Source: an uncultured bacterium
Lineage (GTDB): Bacteria > RBG-13-61-14 > DATKZS01
DNA length: 64,000 bases
Assembly (NCBI GenBank): GCA_964650485.1
Contig: CAZYTX010000006.1
Span: forward strand, 38,660-102,659
Direction: 5' to 3'
In this document: piece after piece, positions 45,661-57,287 of the stretch
Layout of the letters: every line of letters starts with the position of its first letter
Position numbering within the stretch: the first letter of the stretch is position 1
Position numbers and translations under genes: made by a program
Notes under the pieces: model-generated
What the model saw: the letters and a program-made list of their open reading frames with translations, nothing else
Database searches by the model: none
Told to the model about the DNA's origin: nothing

Positions 45661-47175
45661 TCATATCCTCTGCTTTACGTGGTCAGCCACGTGTATTGCC
45701 AGGGCCATGATGGTGACCTGTGGGTTCACCCCGGGGGCATTGGGAAAGATGGACCCGTCAGCTATGAACAGGTCCGCTACGTCGTGGGTCTCGCCAAAGG
45801 AGTTCACCACCCCCCTTTTTCTGTCCCCGCTCATCCGGCACGTGCCTGTGGGGTGGTTTCCAATGGGGCTGAAGTCGGTGGGTCCGAGGTCTGCCTCCAT
45901 TATCAGGCCCGTCTTCGCGGGATCGTGCATGTGGTCCGGGACCTTGTGTATCCCGGGGCAGACCATGTAAGCGCCTGATGCGAAGAGCAGGTCCGCGGTG
46001 GCTTTCATCGAGACCTGCATGAGCCGGGCGTCCCTTTTGCTCATGTTATAGAGTATTGTGGGGCTCCATCCCTTTTTGGGGGCGATCACCCTGCCGGTGG
46101 TGGTTGCCCTTATCATGGCCCCCCACAGGGTCATGTTCCTGAGCCTTGCCATCATGTCCTTGTGGGGGAGCCCGAAACCCGGTATGCGTATCCCTATTAC
46201 GTCCGGAGGGGCCCAGGCGACCTCGATTATGAACCCGTCCCGCCTGAACTCGTCGCAGCAGTACCCCTGGTTTGGCCCGATCCACCCGCACACGTCTTCA
46301 TCAAAAAATCCCACCATGCCGGTGGCGGTGTGGTTACACAGGTTCCTGCCCACCAGGCCGGAGGAGTTCGCCAGCCCGTTCTTCTGGAGCAGCAGGGGCG
46401 TGCCCATGGCGCCGCATGAAAGTATGGTGGCCTTTGCCCGCACCTCCATGGTCTTGTCCGACGGCTTCAGATTCTCCGGGTTTATAAAGACCCCTTTCAC
46501 CCCGGCCGCCCTTCCATTCCCGGCGATCACCGTATCCACCCGGCAGTCGGTGTACACCTCTCCGCCCAGCCCGATGAAGGCCGGCACATAGGTGCGGTCC
46601 GTGGAGAGCTTGGCGCCCTCAATGCACCCTGACATGCACACCCCGCAACCCTTGCAGTCCCTGGAGTTCCTGCGGATGGGATCGCCCTTCCAGCCCAGGG
46701 CCTCGCACCCCTTGCGCATGAGCAGGTTATTCATGCCCAGCACATCTTCCGGCTCAGGACTGATGTTCATGATCCGTTCGACCTCGTCGAATACGGGCGA
46801 CAGCCCTTCAGGGGTGAGCCCTTCCAGGCCTTCAGCATCCACCCACTCATCGAGCACGTCGTCCGGGAGCCTGAAGCATATGGCCTCGTTTATCACCGTG
46901 GTCCCGCCCACCACCCTTGCCTGCATGGTGGGGATTATCATCCTCCCGGTCATGGCCCTCATGCCGTTGTCGCGGTACATCTGGCGCATGGCTGCCCAGG
47001 AGTCGGTGGTGAACCTCTCCGGCGGAATGTGGCTCCCTTCCTCCACCAGCACCACGCTCTTGCCAGCCTGGGCAAGCCTATGGGCCGCGGCTGCGCCGCC
47101 CGCGCCCGAGCCTACAACCACAGCGTCCGCGTCCAGCCTGACGCTTCCTTTAAGCTCCTTGAACTCGTGCATCAT
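45661..47175 (-). CDS. GMC family FAD-dependent oxidoreductase.
   Basis: DAVVVGSGAGGAAAAHRLAQAGKSVVLVEEG is the GxGxxG FAD fold. The C-terminal GTCRMSGD...VVNSFGETHDVADLFIADGSIFPNAPGVNPQVTIMAL is the GMC C-terminal signature. The likely start is MMHEFKEL. Confidence 0.85.
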   Translation of the reverse strand: MMHEFKELKGSVRLDADAVVVGSGAGGAAAAHRLAQAGKSVVLVEEGSHIPPERFTTDSWAAMRQMYRDNGMRAMTGRMIIPTMQARVVGGTTVINEAICFRLPDDVLDEWVDAEGLEGLTPEGLSPVFDEVERIMNISPEPEDVLGMNNLLMRKGCEALGWKGDPIRRNSRDCKGCGVCMSGCIEGAKLSTDRTYVPAFIGLGGEVYTDCRVDTVIAGNGRAAGVKGVFINPENLKPSDKTMEVRAKATILSCGAMGTPLLLQKNGLANSSGLVGRNLCNHTATGMVGFFDEDVCGWIGPNQGYCCDEFRRDGFIIEVAWAPPDVIGIRIPGFGLPHKDMMARLRNMTLWGAMIRATTTGRVIAPKKGWSPTILYNMSKRDARLMQVSMKATADLLFASGAYMVCPGIHKVPDHMHDPAKTGLIMEADLGPTDFSPIGNHPTGTCRMSGDRKRGVVNSFGETHDVADLFIADGSIFPNAPGVNPQVTIMALAIHVADHVKQRI

Positions 47176-47627
47176 GAGGACTTCACCTCGCCGCAATTCA
47201 GCTTGAAGCCAAGCCTGCCCAGCACCAGGGGGTCGTTGTAATAGCCCATCCCCACGATGGTCTTCAAAAGCACCACCACCATGCGGCGGTAGTAGATGCG
47301 GGAGGAGCACCAGTCATGGATGTAGAGCTCCCGCTCCTGCGGGTTTAAGTTCACGAACCTTTTGAAGCGGCCGATGAAGAGGAATGGCATGAGGTCGAAA
47401 AGCACCAGGAGCGCCTTGAGACCAAGCCGCGCCCCCTGCTCTTGGTCCCGGAGGTAGCGGGCAAGGAAGGCGTGAGAGCCGGTCTGCGAAACGGAAACCG
47501 GGAGATCGCCACCGTCCGGTATGAGCGCCTCGGATAAAGACTCGATGATACGGCCGGCGTACGGCCCCACCGCGGGCTTGCCGTCCGGCAGAACCACGTC
47601 TTTTGCACTCTCCCACGAACGCGACAT
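47172..47627 (-). CDS. Hypothetical protein, a possible small subunit partnered with the GMC oxidoreductase.
   Basis: The 151-aa ORF's stop abuts the GMC start, so the two are translationally coupled. Confidence 0.45.
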   Translation of the reverse strand: MSRSWESAKDVVLPDGKPAVGPYAGRIIESLSEALIPDGGDLPVSVSQTGSHAFLARYLRDQEQGARLGLKALLVLFDLMPFLFIGRFKRFVNLNPQERELYIHDWCSSRIYYRRMVVVLLKTIVGMGYYNDPLVLGRLGFKLNCGEVKSS

Positions 47628-47808
47628 GAAAACCCCCTCCTGCGCATAAAGACAGGACTTTGATAAAAGCCGAAAATACAGCAGACCCTGATTTAATAGC
47701 AGGATGAGAGGGGAGTGTCAACTCTCCTTTTAATGTCAATCCTTTTAATGTAACCCCAGCCCGGCTTTTGAGTCTAAATAAAAAAGACCATCTGAAAGGA
47801 GAAAGACC

Positions 47809-47997
47809 ATGGAAAAGGAAAGAATACAAATAAGAGCGGCTGAAGGACTGGTGCAACATCGGGACACGGAAGGGACCCTGTGGTTCTGCCGCGAGGAGCA
47901 GCCAGAACCCGGGTGGGAGGGACTGGGATGCCTGAGAGAGGAGTCGGCAAGGTTCGTTCCCGGCCGTGAGCAAACACTTGAGAGAAGGGAGGTATAA
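47809..47997 (+). CDS. Small Cys-containing protein, paralog 1.
   Basis: A 62-aa ORF with RBS GGAGAAAGACC upstream. The motif EGTLWFCREEQPEPGWEGLGC is shared with the next ORF. Confidence 0.45.
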   Translation: MEKERIQIRAAEGLVQHRDTEGTLWFCREEQPEPGWEGLGCLREESARFVPGREQTLERREV

Positions 47998-48000
47998 GAG

Positions 48001-48162
48001 ATGGCTGATATCTTGAGAGACGTGTTCAGGAAGAGATTGGAGGAGCAGGTTGACGCAGAAGGCAGGTACTGGCTTTGCGAGAAGAACCCGAGGATTGACC
48101 AGGACATGACCGAGCAGGGATGCTTCCTGCACGATGAGCTGGAGCCCGCTGCCTGCGAGTGA
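48001..48162 (+). CDS. Small Cys-containing protein, paralog 2 (not in the ORF track because it is shorter than 60 aa).
   Basis: Hand translation gives MADILRDVFRKRLEEQVDAEGRYWLCEKNPRIDQDMTEQGCFLHDELEPAACE. An RBS GGGAGG lies upstream. It shares the EG..W[FL]C.E..P...(E/Q).GC motif with paralog 1. Confidence 0.45.
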   Translation: MADILRDVFRKRLEEQVDAEGRYWLCEKNPRIDQDMTEQGCFLHDELEPAACE

Positions 48163-48199
48163 GTGCCGGGGCTCTTATAGAGTGTTATGATTTTTGTCT

Positions 48200-48247
48200 C
48201 ACGCAAAGGCGCAGCAAAAATCTTTGCGCCCTCGGCGTCTTTGCGTG
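48200..48247. terminator. Nested GC-rich hairpins between convergent genes, a candidate bidirectional terminator.
   Basis: The outer stem is CACGCAAAG (48200-48208) / CTTTGCGTG (48239-48247), and the inner stem is GGCGCA / TGCGCC around an A-rich loop. Confidence 0.45.
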
Positions 48248-48277
48248 ATAAATTTCTTCAGTTTTCTACCAATTCCT

Positions 48278-50983
<2,706 letters not shown>

Positions 50984-51112
50984 GGTTTCCGTTGAAAATA
51001 CCAGAACACGCCCCATGATTCCAGGAAGGAGCGCCAAGGCGCCGGGCTTGAAAGCCGGGGAACGGGTTGATACTATTTTAGGCGCTTGTTTGAGAAACAA
51101 AGGAGGGAAGAG

Positions 51113-53296
51113 ATGAATTCTTCAAGAAGGGTTCTTGCTGTTTTTTTATTTGCGCTTTTGCTCCTGCCCACGCTTTGTCAGGGCCGGGGCATCGGAGGCG
51201 ACGTGAGTTTCCGCTTCCTCTGGCCCAGTGACCCGGCCGCACCCGGCGAGGAGCGGGTCGAGCTCGAAACCGAGCACCAGGGCGACTTGAAAGACGTTGA
51301 AACGCCTGCGGGCAGGGCATCGGGCAGCCGTATACTGCTGCGTCTCCCTTCAGGGGAGGCGGTGGCCGGCGCCAGGCTCATGAAGCTCGAGGGCGAGGAT
51401 GCATGGGTCTTCGAGACGAAGATCAAAAAAGAGATCACCGCGGCCACAGGAGTTTACGAGACCCCCCACTTCGCTTTGCCGGCAATAAAGCCGCCCCCCT
51501 CGCACTCCAGGGTCTTCACCTTCCGCATTGGCGCCTTTTCACCCCCCACGCACGAGCCCATCTCCACCACCGGTCCGGTCATACTCTACAGCGAGGACCT
51601 TGAGGTAGTGGTCATCTCACCCCTGGACCACTTCCTCGAGTCCATGACCCAGCCTGTGGAAGGCGAGTGGAGGTGCGGGTTCGGGGGCATGATAGAGCGC
51701 CTGCCCGAGGGCACCATGCGCAGGGTGATGGTGGTCAAGGGCAGGGGCATAAACAATACGGTGATGAAATGGGGGGACCTCGTAAGGAAGTGGCACGACC
51801 ACGAGCGCGTGCCCCCTTACCACGACGTGGCACTTTCCAGGCTGGGCTACTGGACTGACAACGGGGCCATGTACTATTACAAGACCGCGCCCAAGATGAA
51901 CTATCATGAGACCCTGATCGCGGTCAAGGAGGAGGCCGACCGCCGCGACATACCCTACGGCTACTTCCAGATAGACTCCTGGTGGTACCCCAAGGCCAAG
52001 ACCGGGGGGCTGCTCTCGGCCTTCCGCGGAGGGTGCATAAAGTGGGAGCCGCAGGACAAGCACTTCCCCCGGGGACTCGAGTCATTCCAGGAGGAGCTGG
52101 GCTTGCCGCTCGTGGCCCACAACCGCTGGTACGACCACAACACGCCCTACTGCGATAAATACGAGTGCGTGTACGGCAAGGGTGACAAAACCCCTGCCCT
52201 GCCCGTCGAGCCGGAGTTCTGGGACGAGATCATGGACAACGCGGTGCGCTACGGGGTGGCGGTGTACGAGCAGGACTGGCTCATTACCCAGATGAACCTC
52301 ATACCCTGGCTGCGCTCGGAACTCGGACACGCGGAGTTGTGGTTCGAGTCCATGGCAGGAGCCGCGCACGAGCGCGGGCTCACCATGCAGCTCTGCATGG
52401 CCCCGCCGGGCTTCTTCCTCCAGCAGATGAAGCACGACCATATCACCCACGTGCGCACCTCGGGCGACTACCAGGGAGGGGTGCTGAAGACCTACTTCTG
52501 GCCCAAATTCCACAAGACCTCGATGTTCGCATACGCGGTGGGGTTCTGGCCCTTCAAGGACAACTTCCAGAGCTCGAGCGGGCAGCGCTTCATCAGGAAC
52601 GAGCGCTGGGCCTACGAGGAGGCGCTGATATCCGTGCTCTCCGGCGGACCGGTGGGCCCCGCGGACGAGCTGGGAGCGGCCGACCGGGAGCTGCTCATGA
52701 AGACCTGCCGGGATGACGGGGTGCTCCTGAAGTCGGACCGGCCGGCAACACCCATAGACCTGATGTTCCTGGATAACAAAAAGCCCTGGATCGCAAAGAC
52801 CGAGACCAGCAACCGGACCGGCCACACCTTTTACCTGGCAGCATTTAACATAAGGCCGCTCAATACCCGGGACAAGTCGGTGTCCTTCCAGGAGCTCGAT
52901 ATCTCCGGCGACTACGGCGTATACGACTACCGATCAAAAAAGATGATAAGGGGCCAGTCCGGGATAGAATTCGGGAGGATGAAAAAGAACAGGGCCGCGT
53001 ACTACATTATCGCGCCCCGGCTGGACAACGGCATGTATCTGGTGGGAGAGACCGATAAGTTCGTGACCCTCAGCAACAAGAGATTCCCGGAGGTCGGGCT
53101 CGAGGGGAATGCGCTTTCCATGCAGGTGGAGGGTGTGCCCGGCGAGGATGTCGGTATCTCTATTTACGTTACCAGCCCGCCGGAGCGGGCCCGGGGTTGC
53201 GAGCTTAAAGGGCTGCCCCCGGGCAAGCAAGAGGGCATGGTGGAGTGCAGTGCGATGATCCCGGACTCGGGCAAGGCACAGGTGAGCATTGAGTAG
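51113..53296 (+). CDS. Secreted TIM-barrel glycoside hydrolase-like protein, clan GH-D-like, distantly paralogous to 29604-31538.
   Basis: A signal peptide (MNSSRRVLAVFLFALLLLPTLCQG) is followed by IPYGYFQIDSWWY and KHFPRGLESFQEELGLPLVAHNRW, which parallel the DPYGVRFDSVVLDSGW and RFPEGFGPV..LGADLGLW regions of the other hydrolase. Confidence 0.45.
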   Translation: MNSSRRVLAVFLFALLLLPTLCQGRGIGGDVSFRFLWPSDPAAPGEERVELETEHQGDLKDVETPAGRASGSRILLRLPSGEAVAGARLMKLEGEDAWVFETKIKKEITAATGVYETPHFALPAIKPPPSHSRVFTFRIGAFSPPTHEPISTTGPVILYSEDLEVVVISPLDHFLESMTQPVEGEWRCGFGGMIERLPEGTMRRVMVVKGRGINNTVMKWGDLVRKWHDHERVPPYHDVALSRLGYWTDNGAMYYYKTAPKMNYHETLIAVKEEADRRDIPYGYFQIDSWWYPKAKTGGLLSAFRGGCIKWEPQDKHFPRGLESFQEELGLPLVAHNRWYDHNTPYCDKYECVYGKGDKTPALPVEPEFWDEIMDNAVRYGVAVYEQDWLITQMNLIPWLRSELGHAELWFESMAGAAHERGLTMQLCMAPPGFFLQQMKHDHITHVRTSGDYQGGVLKTYFWPKFHKTSMFAYAVGFWPFKDNFQSSSGQRFIRNERWAYEEALISVLSGGPVGPADELGAADRELLMKTCRDDGVLLKSDRPATPIDLMFLDNKKPWIAKTETSNRTGHTFYLAAFNIRPLNTRDKSVSFQELDISGDYGVYDYRSKKMIRGQSGIEFGRMKKNRAAYYIIAPRLDNGMYLVGETDKFVTLSNKRFPEVGLEGNALSMQVEGVPGEDVGISIYVTSPPERARGCELKGLPPGKQEGMVECSAMIPDSGKAQVSIE

Positions 53297-53321
53297 GTAA
53301 AACAGTGAGTGAAAAAAGGAG

Positions 53322-53780
53322 TTGCACATGGGCGAGATAAAGGTGGAGAATTCAGCCGAGGTGAGGGCCCCCGCTGAAAAGGTGTGGGAGCAGTTGACCA
53401 ACGTGAACTCGTGGCCTGAGTGGAAGCCATTCATGAAAAGGGCGAAGATAGCATCTGGATACAAGTCCATTAGCTGCGGCTCGAAGATAAAGATGGGCAT
53501 CATGATGGCGGGGCCGGCCTCCGTGCCCCTCGCCGTGGAGGTCACCGAGTTCGACAAGCCAAAAAGACTTGCCTGGGAAGGCGGGGTGGCAGGTCTTCTG
53601 CACGCTGTTCATTCCTTTGACATCGAGGACAGGGGAGGCTCGTGCGTGGTCACCTCCAGCGAGGTGTTCAAGGGGTTGCTCACCAGCGCCCTGCTCCTGC
53701 TCGTCACCGAGAAAGACCTGGAAAAGCTTCACCAGGACTGGGTGACGGCCATTAAAAACAGGCTCGAGAACGGCGCCTGA
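53322..53780 (+). CDS. SRPBCC (START / Bet v1 / polyketide cyclase-like) family protein.
   Basis: The 152-aa ORF shows VENSAEVRAPAEKVWEQLTNVNSWPEWKP, the typical SRPBCC N-terminus. Confidence 0.65.
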   Translation: MHMGEIKVENSAEVRAPAEKVWEQLTNVNSWPEWKPFMKRAKIASGYKSISCGSKIKMGIMMAGPASVPLAVEVTEFDKPKRLAWEGGVAGLLHAVHSFDIEDRGGSCVVTSSEVFKGLLTSALLLLVTEKDLEKLHQDWVTAIKNRLENGA

Positions 53781-53787
53781 AAGCGGG

Positions 53788-54339
53788 ATGCGAGAGTCAA
53801 TAAAAAGATACGCGGCCTTTGCACTGATAGCGCTTCTGTCCGCCGCGGTGGGCGCGGCCGGGGGTTTCTCCCTGGTGCTCCTGTGGTCCGAGCCTCCGCA
53901 GCACAGAGGAGCGGACGGGTGCGCCAGCGCTCCCGAGTTCGCAAAGGCCGTGGACCGGATCGAGGCCGGGCTCGAGAAAAACAGGGAGGACATAGGCGCC
54001 CTGAGCCTGTACGTGACCGAGGTCAGCGACTTTGTGGCCGGCCTGGAAAGGCGGACCGCGGACCGGTTCCTGCGCTCTTCCCTGCCACCGCCCTACGTAA
54101 AAAAGATAGACTCTTTCTTTGAGAACACAGAGGCGGCCCGGGACCTGCTCATGGCCAAGGTGCAGAAAAGGCCCGGCATTACTTTTGGCAAGCCCGTGTT
54201 CGTGAGCTCGAAGCTCATTACTGTGCCGTATACGATCTACTCCGAGAAGCACCACCTGCTGGTCCAGATAAAAATTCTGGAGTTGTACGAGCTTCAGTTC
54301 GACGTTGTCTGGGACAGCCTTGAAGGCGAGGAGCCCTGA
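53788..54339 (+). CDS. Hypothetical protein with an N-terminal TM anchor.
   Basis: A 183-aa ORF with a single TM helix and no recognisable motif. Confidence 0.45.
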   Translation: MRESIKRYAAFALIALLSAAVGAAGGFSLVLLWSEPPQHRGADGCASAPEFAKAVDRIEAGLEKNREDIGALSLYVTEVSDFVAGLERRTADRFLRSSLPPPYVKKIDSFFENTEAARDLLMAKVQKRPGITFGKPVFVSSKLITVPYTIYSEKHHLLVQIKILELYELQFDVVWDSLEGEEP

Positions 54340-54391
54340 AGCGAGTCCCTGAACAAATCACGCCCAGTCCTTGCACGGAAGGAGGTTTGAG

Positions 54392-54946
54392 ATGTATTTT
54401 GAAAAAGCGGGAGCCGAGAACACCGACCGGGTGATCCAGATAGTGCTCAAGGAGGCAAAGCAAAGGCGCATCAAGCACCTGGTGGTGGCCTCCACCGTGG
54501 GCGACTCGGCAAAGAAGCTCCTGGACGCGGCAAAGGGAGCGGACGTGAAAATAGTGGTTGTGACCCACAACGTGGGGTTTTCCGGCGATGGCAAGGACGA
54601 GTTCGACCCCGCCATCAGGGAGGCCATAACAAACGCCGGCCACAAAGTTCTCACCTGCACCATGGCCACCAGGAACATCAACAAGGCGGTGTCAACCAGG
54701 CTGGGGGGATACTCGCAGACCGAGATAGTGAACGCGGTGCTCAGGATGTTCTGCCAGGGGATGAAGGTGTGCCCCGAGATCGTGGCCATGGCCGCGGACG
54801 CGGGGCTGATTCCATTCGACGACGTGATCGCGGTCGCCGGCACCGCCCGGGGCTGGGACACCGCGGCGGTGTTAAAGGCCGACTCATCCAACCGCTTCTT
54901 CGACATAAAGATAAAAGAGATACTGTGCAAGCCCAGGGTGTTCTGA
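54392..54946 (+). CDS. Standalone pyruvate kinase C-terminal (alpha/beta) domain-like protein.
   Basis: KHLVVASTVGDSAKKL...KIVVVTHN and the C-terminal VIAVAGTARGWDTAAVLKA resemble the PK C-domain (AIVVLTESGRSA...VVIVLTGWRPGSGFTN). Confidence 0.45.
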   Translation: MYFEKAGAENTDRVIQIVLKEAKQRRIKHLVVASTVGDSAKKLLDAAKGADVKIVVVTHNVGFSGDGKDEFDPAIREAITNAGHKVLTCTMATRNINKAVSTRLGGYSQTEIVNAVLRMFCQGMKVCPEIVAMAADAGLIPFDDVIAVAGTARGWDTAAVLKADSSNRFFDIKIKEILCKPRVF

Positions 54947-55006
54947 TAAAAGCCGCGCACTCTATAATACCGGGGGCGGGGGAAATAGACCCGTCCATTC
55001 TAAGTC

Positions 55007-55876
55007 ATGGCCAAGATAGAGACCATAATCGCCGGCATACGCAGGGTGACCCCCGCCCAGGAGGAGGGCTCGGCATGGGAGAGCCCGAACATTTACCTCG
55101 TGGGCGAGGGTCCCCTCACCATGATTGACGCCGGCTACGACAAGGAAAGCAGCAGGAGCGCCATACTTGAAGGCATAGGGGACGCCGGGCTCGAGCGCAT
55201 AATACTCACCCACGGGCACGTGGACCACGCCGGAAGCGCATGGGCGATAAAAGAGATGACCGGGGCCCGGGTCCTGGCCCACCCTGACGACGACCACTCC
55301 ATCCAGCGCCGCTTCCAGGGCAAGACGCCTGACGGGCACGTGAACGGGGGCGACCGAATCGAATGCGGGAGCTTGTCCATCGAGGTCCTGCACGCGCCCG
55401 GTCATACGCCTGGACATATCGCGCCCTGGCTCCCCTCGCACGGGATCATCTTCACCGGGGACCTGGTCACCGGCGAGGGCTCGTCGCTGGTGGCGCCGCC
55501 CGAGGGCAACATGAAAGACTACATGCAGTCCTTGCGCAGCCTGCTGGACCTCCCCCTTAAAATGCTGCTGCCTGGACACGGGCCGGTGGTGAACAAGCCG
55601 CAAAAGAGGATCAAAGAGCTCATCGAACACCGGGAGGTCCGCGAGCTCGCCATTGCAAAGTGCCTGTCCAAAAAGGCCATGGGATTGAAGGAGCTTGTCC
55701 AGGAGATGTACGAGGGACTGATTCATCCACAGATGGAGATGGCCGCGGCATGGACCGCGTGGGCCCACCTCGAGAAGATGGTGCAGGAGGGATCGGTCAA
55801 GGCCGGACCCGAGCATGAGCATAACCCCCTGGAGATGCGCTTCCAACTTGCGCCCGGCATCACCCTGCCCTTCTGA
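55007..55876 (+). CDS. MBL-fold metallo-hydrolase (glyoxalase II-like).
   Basis: The HxHxDH motif is present as THGHVDHAGS, with downstream HAPGHTPGH. Confidence 0.85.
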   Translation: MAKIETIIAGIRRVTPAQEEGSAWESPNIYLVGEGPLTMIDAGYDKESSRSAILEGIGDAGLERIILTHGHVDHAGSAWAIKEMTGARVLAHPDDDHSIQRRFQGKTPDGHVNGGDRIECGSLSIEVLHAPGHTPGHIAPWLPSHGIIFTGDLVTGEGSSLVAPPEGNMKDYMQSLRSLLDLPLKMLLPGHGPVVNKPQKRIKELIEHREVRELAIAKCLSKKAMGLKELVQEMYEGLIHPQMEMAAAWTAWAHLEKMVQEGSVKAGPEHEHNPLEMRFQLAPGITLPF

Positions 55877-55949
55877 GGCGCCTTGATACGCTGGTGCCGC
55901 GGACTTATCATTGTATCGAGCGCGGCTTACTTGCTTGCGGAGGTTTTAG

Positions 55950-57260
55950 TTGGACTACAGCGCCATTATGAATGAGCTGGAGACGTGGCTGTGGAGCTCT
56001 CCATACCTTGACGTGCCCAACTACGCGTGGATGGCCGCGGGCTCAAGCCTGCTGGTGCTTTTGATCTACATTGTAATGCTACTCGCTTTACCCGGGGAGG
56101 AGGCAGAGATAGCTCCCAGAGTAGAAGAGCCCTTGCCGCCTGCTCCTGAAAAGGATGAGATTCCTCCCTCCAAGACTGAGCAGGAGATGCCTCTCCCGGA
56201 AAAGCCGGAAGAAGAGCTTCCGTCTCCAGAGCCGGAGGAGGCCGAGCTCCCGCCTCATAAACCAGCAGAGACTGAGCTCCCCGCCCCAAAACCGGAAGAG
56301 GCCGAGCTACCGCTTCCCAAGCCCGAGGAGATCGAGCTGGTCCCGCCGGAGGGATGGCTCCCGCGTTTGCGTGATGGTTTGGGAAAAACCAAGGACAAGC
56401 TGACCAGGGAGCTTGCGGGGATCCTCTCCCGTGGCAAGGTGGACGACGAGATGCTCGAGGAGCTGGAAGAGGCGCTCATCACCTCGGACCTTGGTGTGAA
56501 GACCAGCCAGGACCTGCTCCAGAGGCTCGAGGAGGCCATGAAAAGCGAGCGTCTTGAAACCCCGGACCAGGTGCGCGAATGGCTCAAGAAAGAGATGCTA
56601 TCCATACTGGAGCGCGTGGAGGAGCCTCTTGTTGTACCCCCGGACCATGCGGGCCCTTTCGTGATCATGGTCACCGGGGTTAACGGCACCGGCAAGACCA
56701 CTACCATAGGCAAGCTGGCCATGCGCTTCAGGCAGGAGGGAAGGAGCGTGCTCCTGGGCGCCGCGGACACCTTCAGGGCCGCAGCCATCGAGCAATTGGA
56801 GATATGGGGAGAGCGCGCCGGAAGCAAGGTGATAAAGCACCGCGAGGGCGCGGACCCCTCCGCGGTGATGTTCGACACCATAAAGGCTGCCCAGGCAAGG
56901 GACGTGGACGTGGTCATAGCGGACACCGCTGGCAGGCTGCACACCAAGAAGAACCTGATGGATGAGCTTGTAAAGGCAAAGCGCATAACCGCGCGCGAGC
57001 TTGCCGGGGCCCCTCACGAGGTGCTGCTGGCCCTGGACGCCACCACCGGGCAGAACGCACTACAGCAGGCGAAAACATTCCACCAGGCCCTGGACGTCAC
57101 CGGCCTGGTGCTAACAAAGCTGGACGGCACGGCAAAGGGCGGCATCATAGTGGCGGTCTCCGACGAGTTCGAGATACCGATCAGGTTCATCGGGGTGGGC
57201 GAGAGGATCTACGACCTGCAGCCCTTCAAGGCCGGGGAGTTCGTGGAGGCGCTGTTTTAA
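55950..57260 (+). CDS. ftsY: Signal recognition particle receptor FtsY, with an N-terminal membrane anchor and an acidic repeat A-domain.
   Basis: The NG domain shows VIMVTGVNGTGKTTTIGKLA, DTAGR and LTKLDGTAKGG. The N-terminal region carries PEEAELPxxKP repeats. Confidence 0.92.
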   Translation: MDYSAIMNELETWLWSSPYLDVPNYAWMAAGSSLLVLLIYIVMLLALPGEEAEIAPRVEEPLPPAPEKDEIPPSKTEQEMPLPEKPEEELPSPEPEEAELPPHKPAETELPAPKPEEAELPLPKPEEIELVPPEGWLPRLRDGLGKTKDKLTRELAGILSRGKVDDEMLEELEEALITSDLGVKTSQDLLQRLEEAMKSERLETPDQVREWLKKEMLSILERVEEPLVVPPDHAGPFVIMVTGVNGTGKTTTIGKLAMRFRQEGRSVLLGAADTFRAAAIEQLEIWGERAGSKVIKHREGADPSAVMFDTIKAAQARDVDVVIADTAGRLHTKKNLMDELVKAKRITARELAGAPHEVLLALDATTGQNALQQAKTFHQALDVTGLVLTKLDGTAKGGIIVAVSDEFEIPIRFIGVGERIYDLQPFKAGEFVEALF

Positions 57261-57287
57261 TGATAGAATCACTTCGGAGGCTTGAGA

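Noticed and set aside
56100-56360. A repetitive GAGCTNCC-containing stretch.
   Set aside because: These are coding repeats of the FtsY acidic A-domain (PEEAELPxxKP), in-frame within ftsY.
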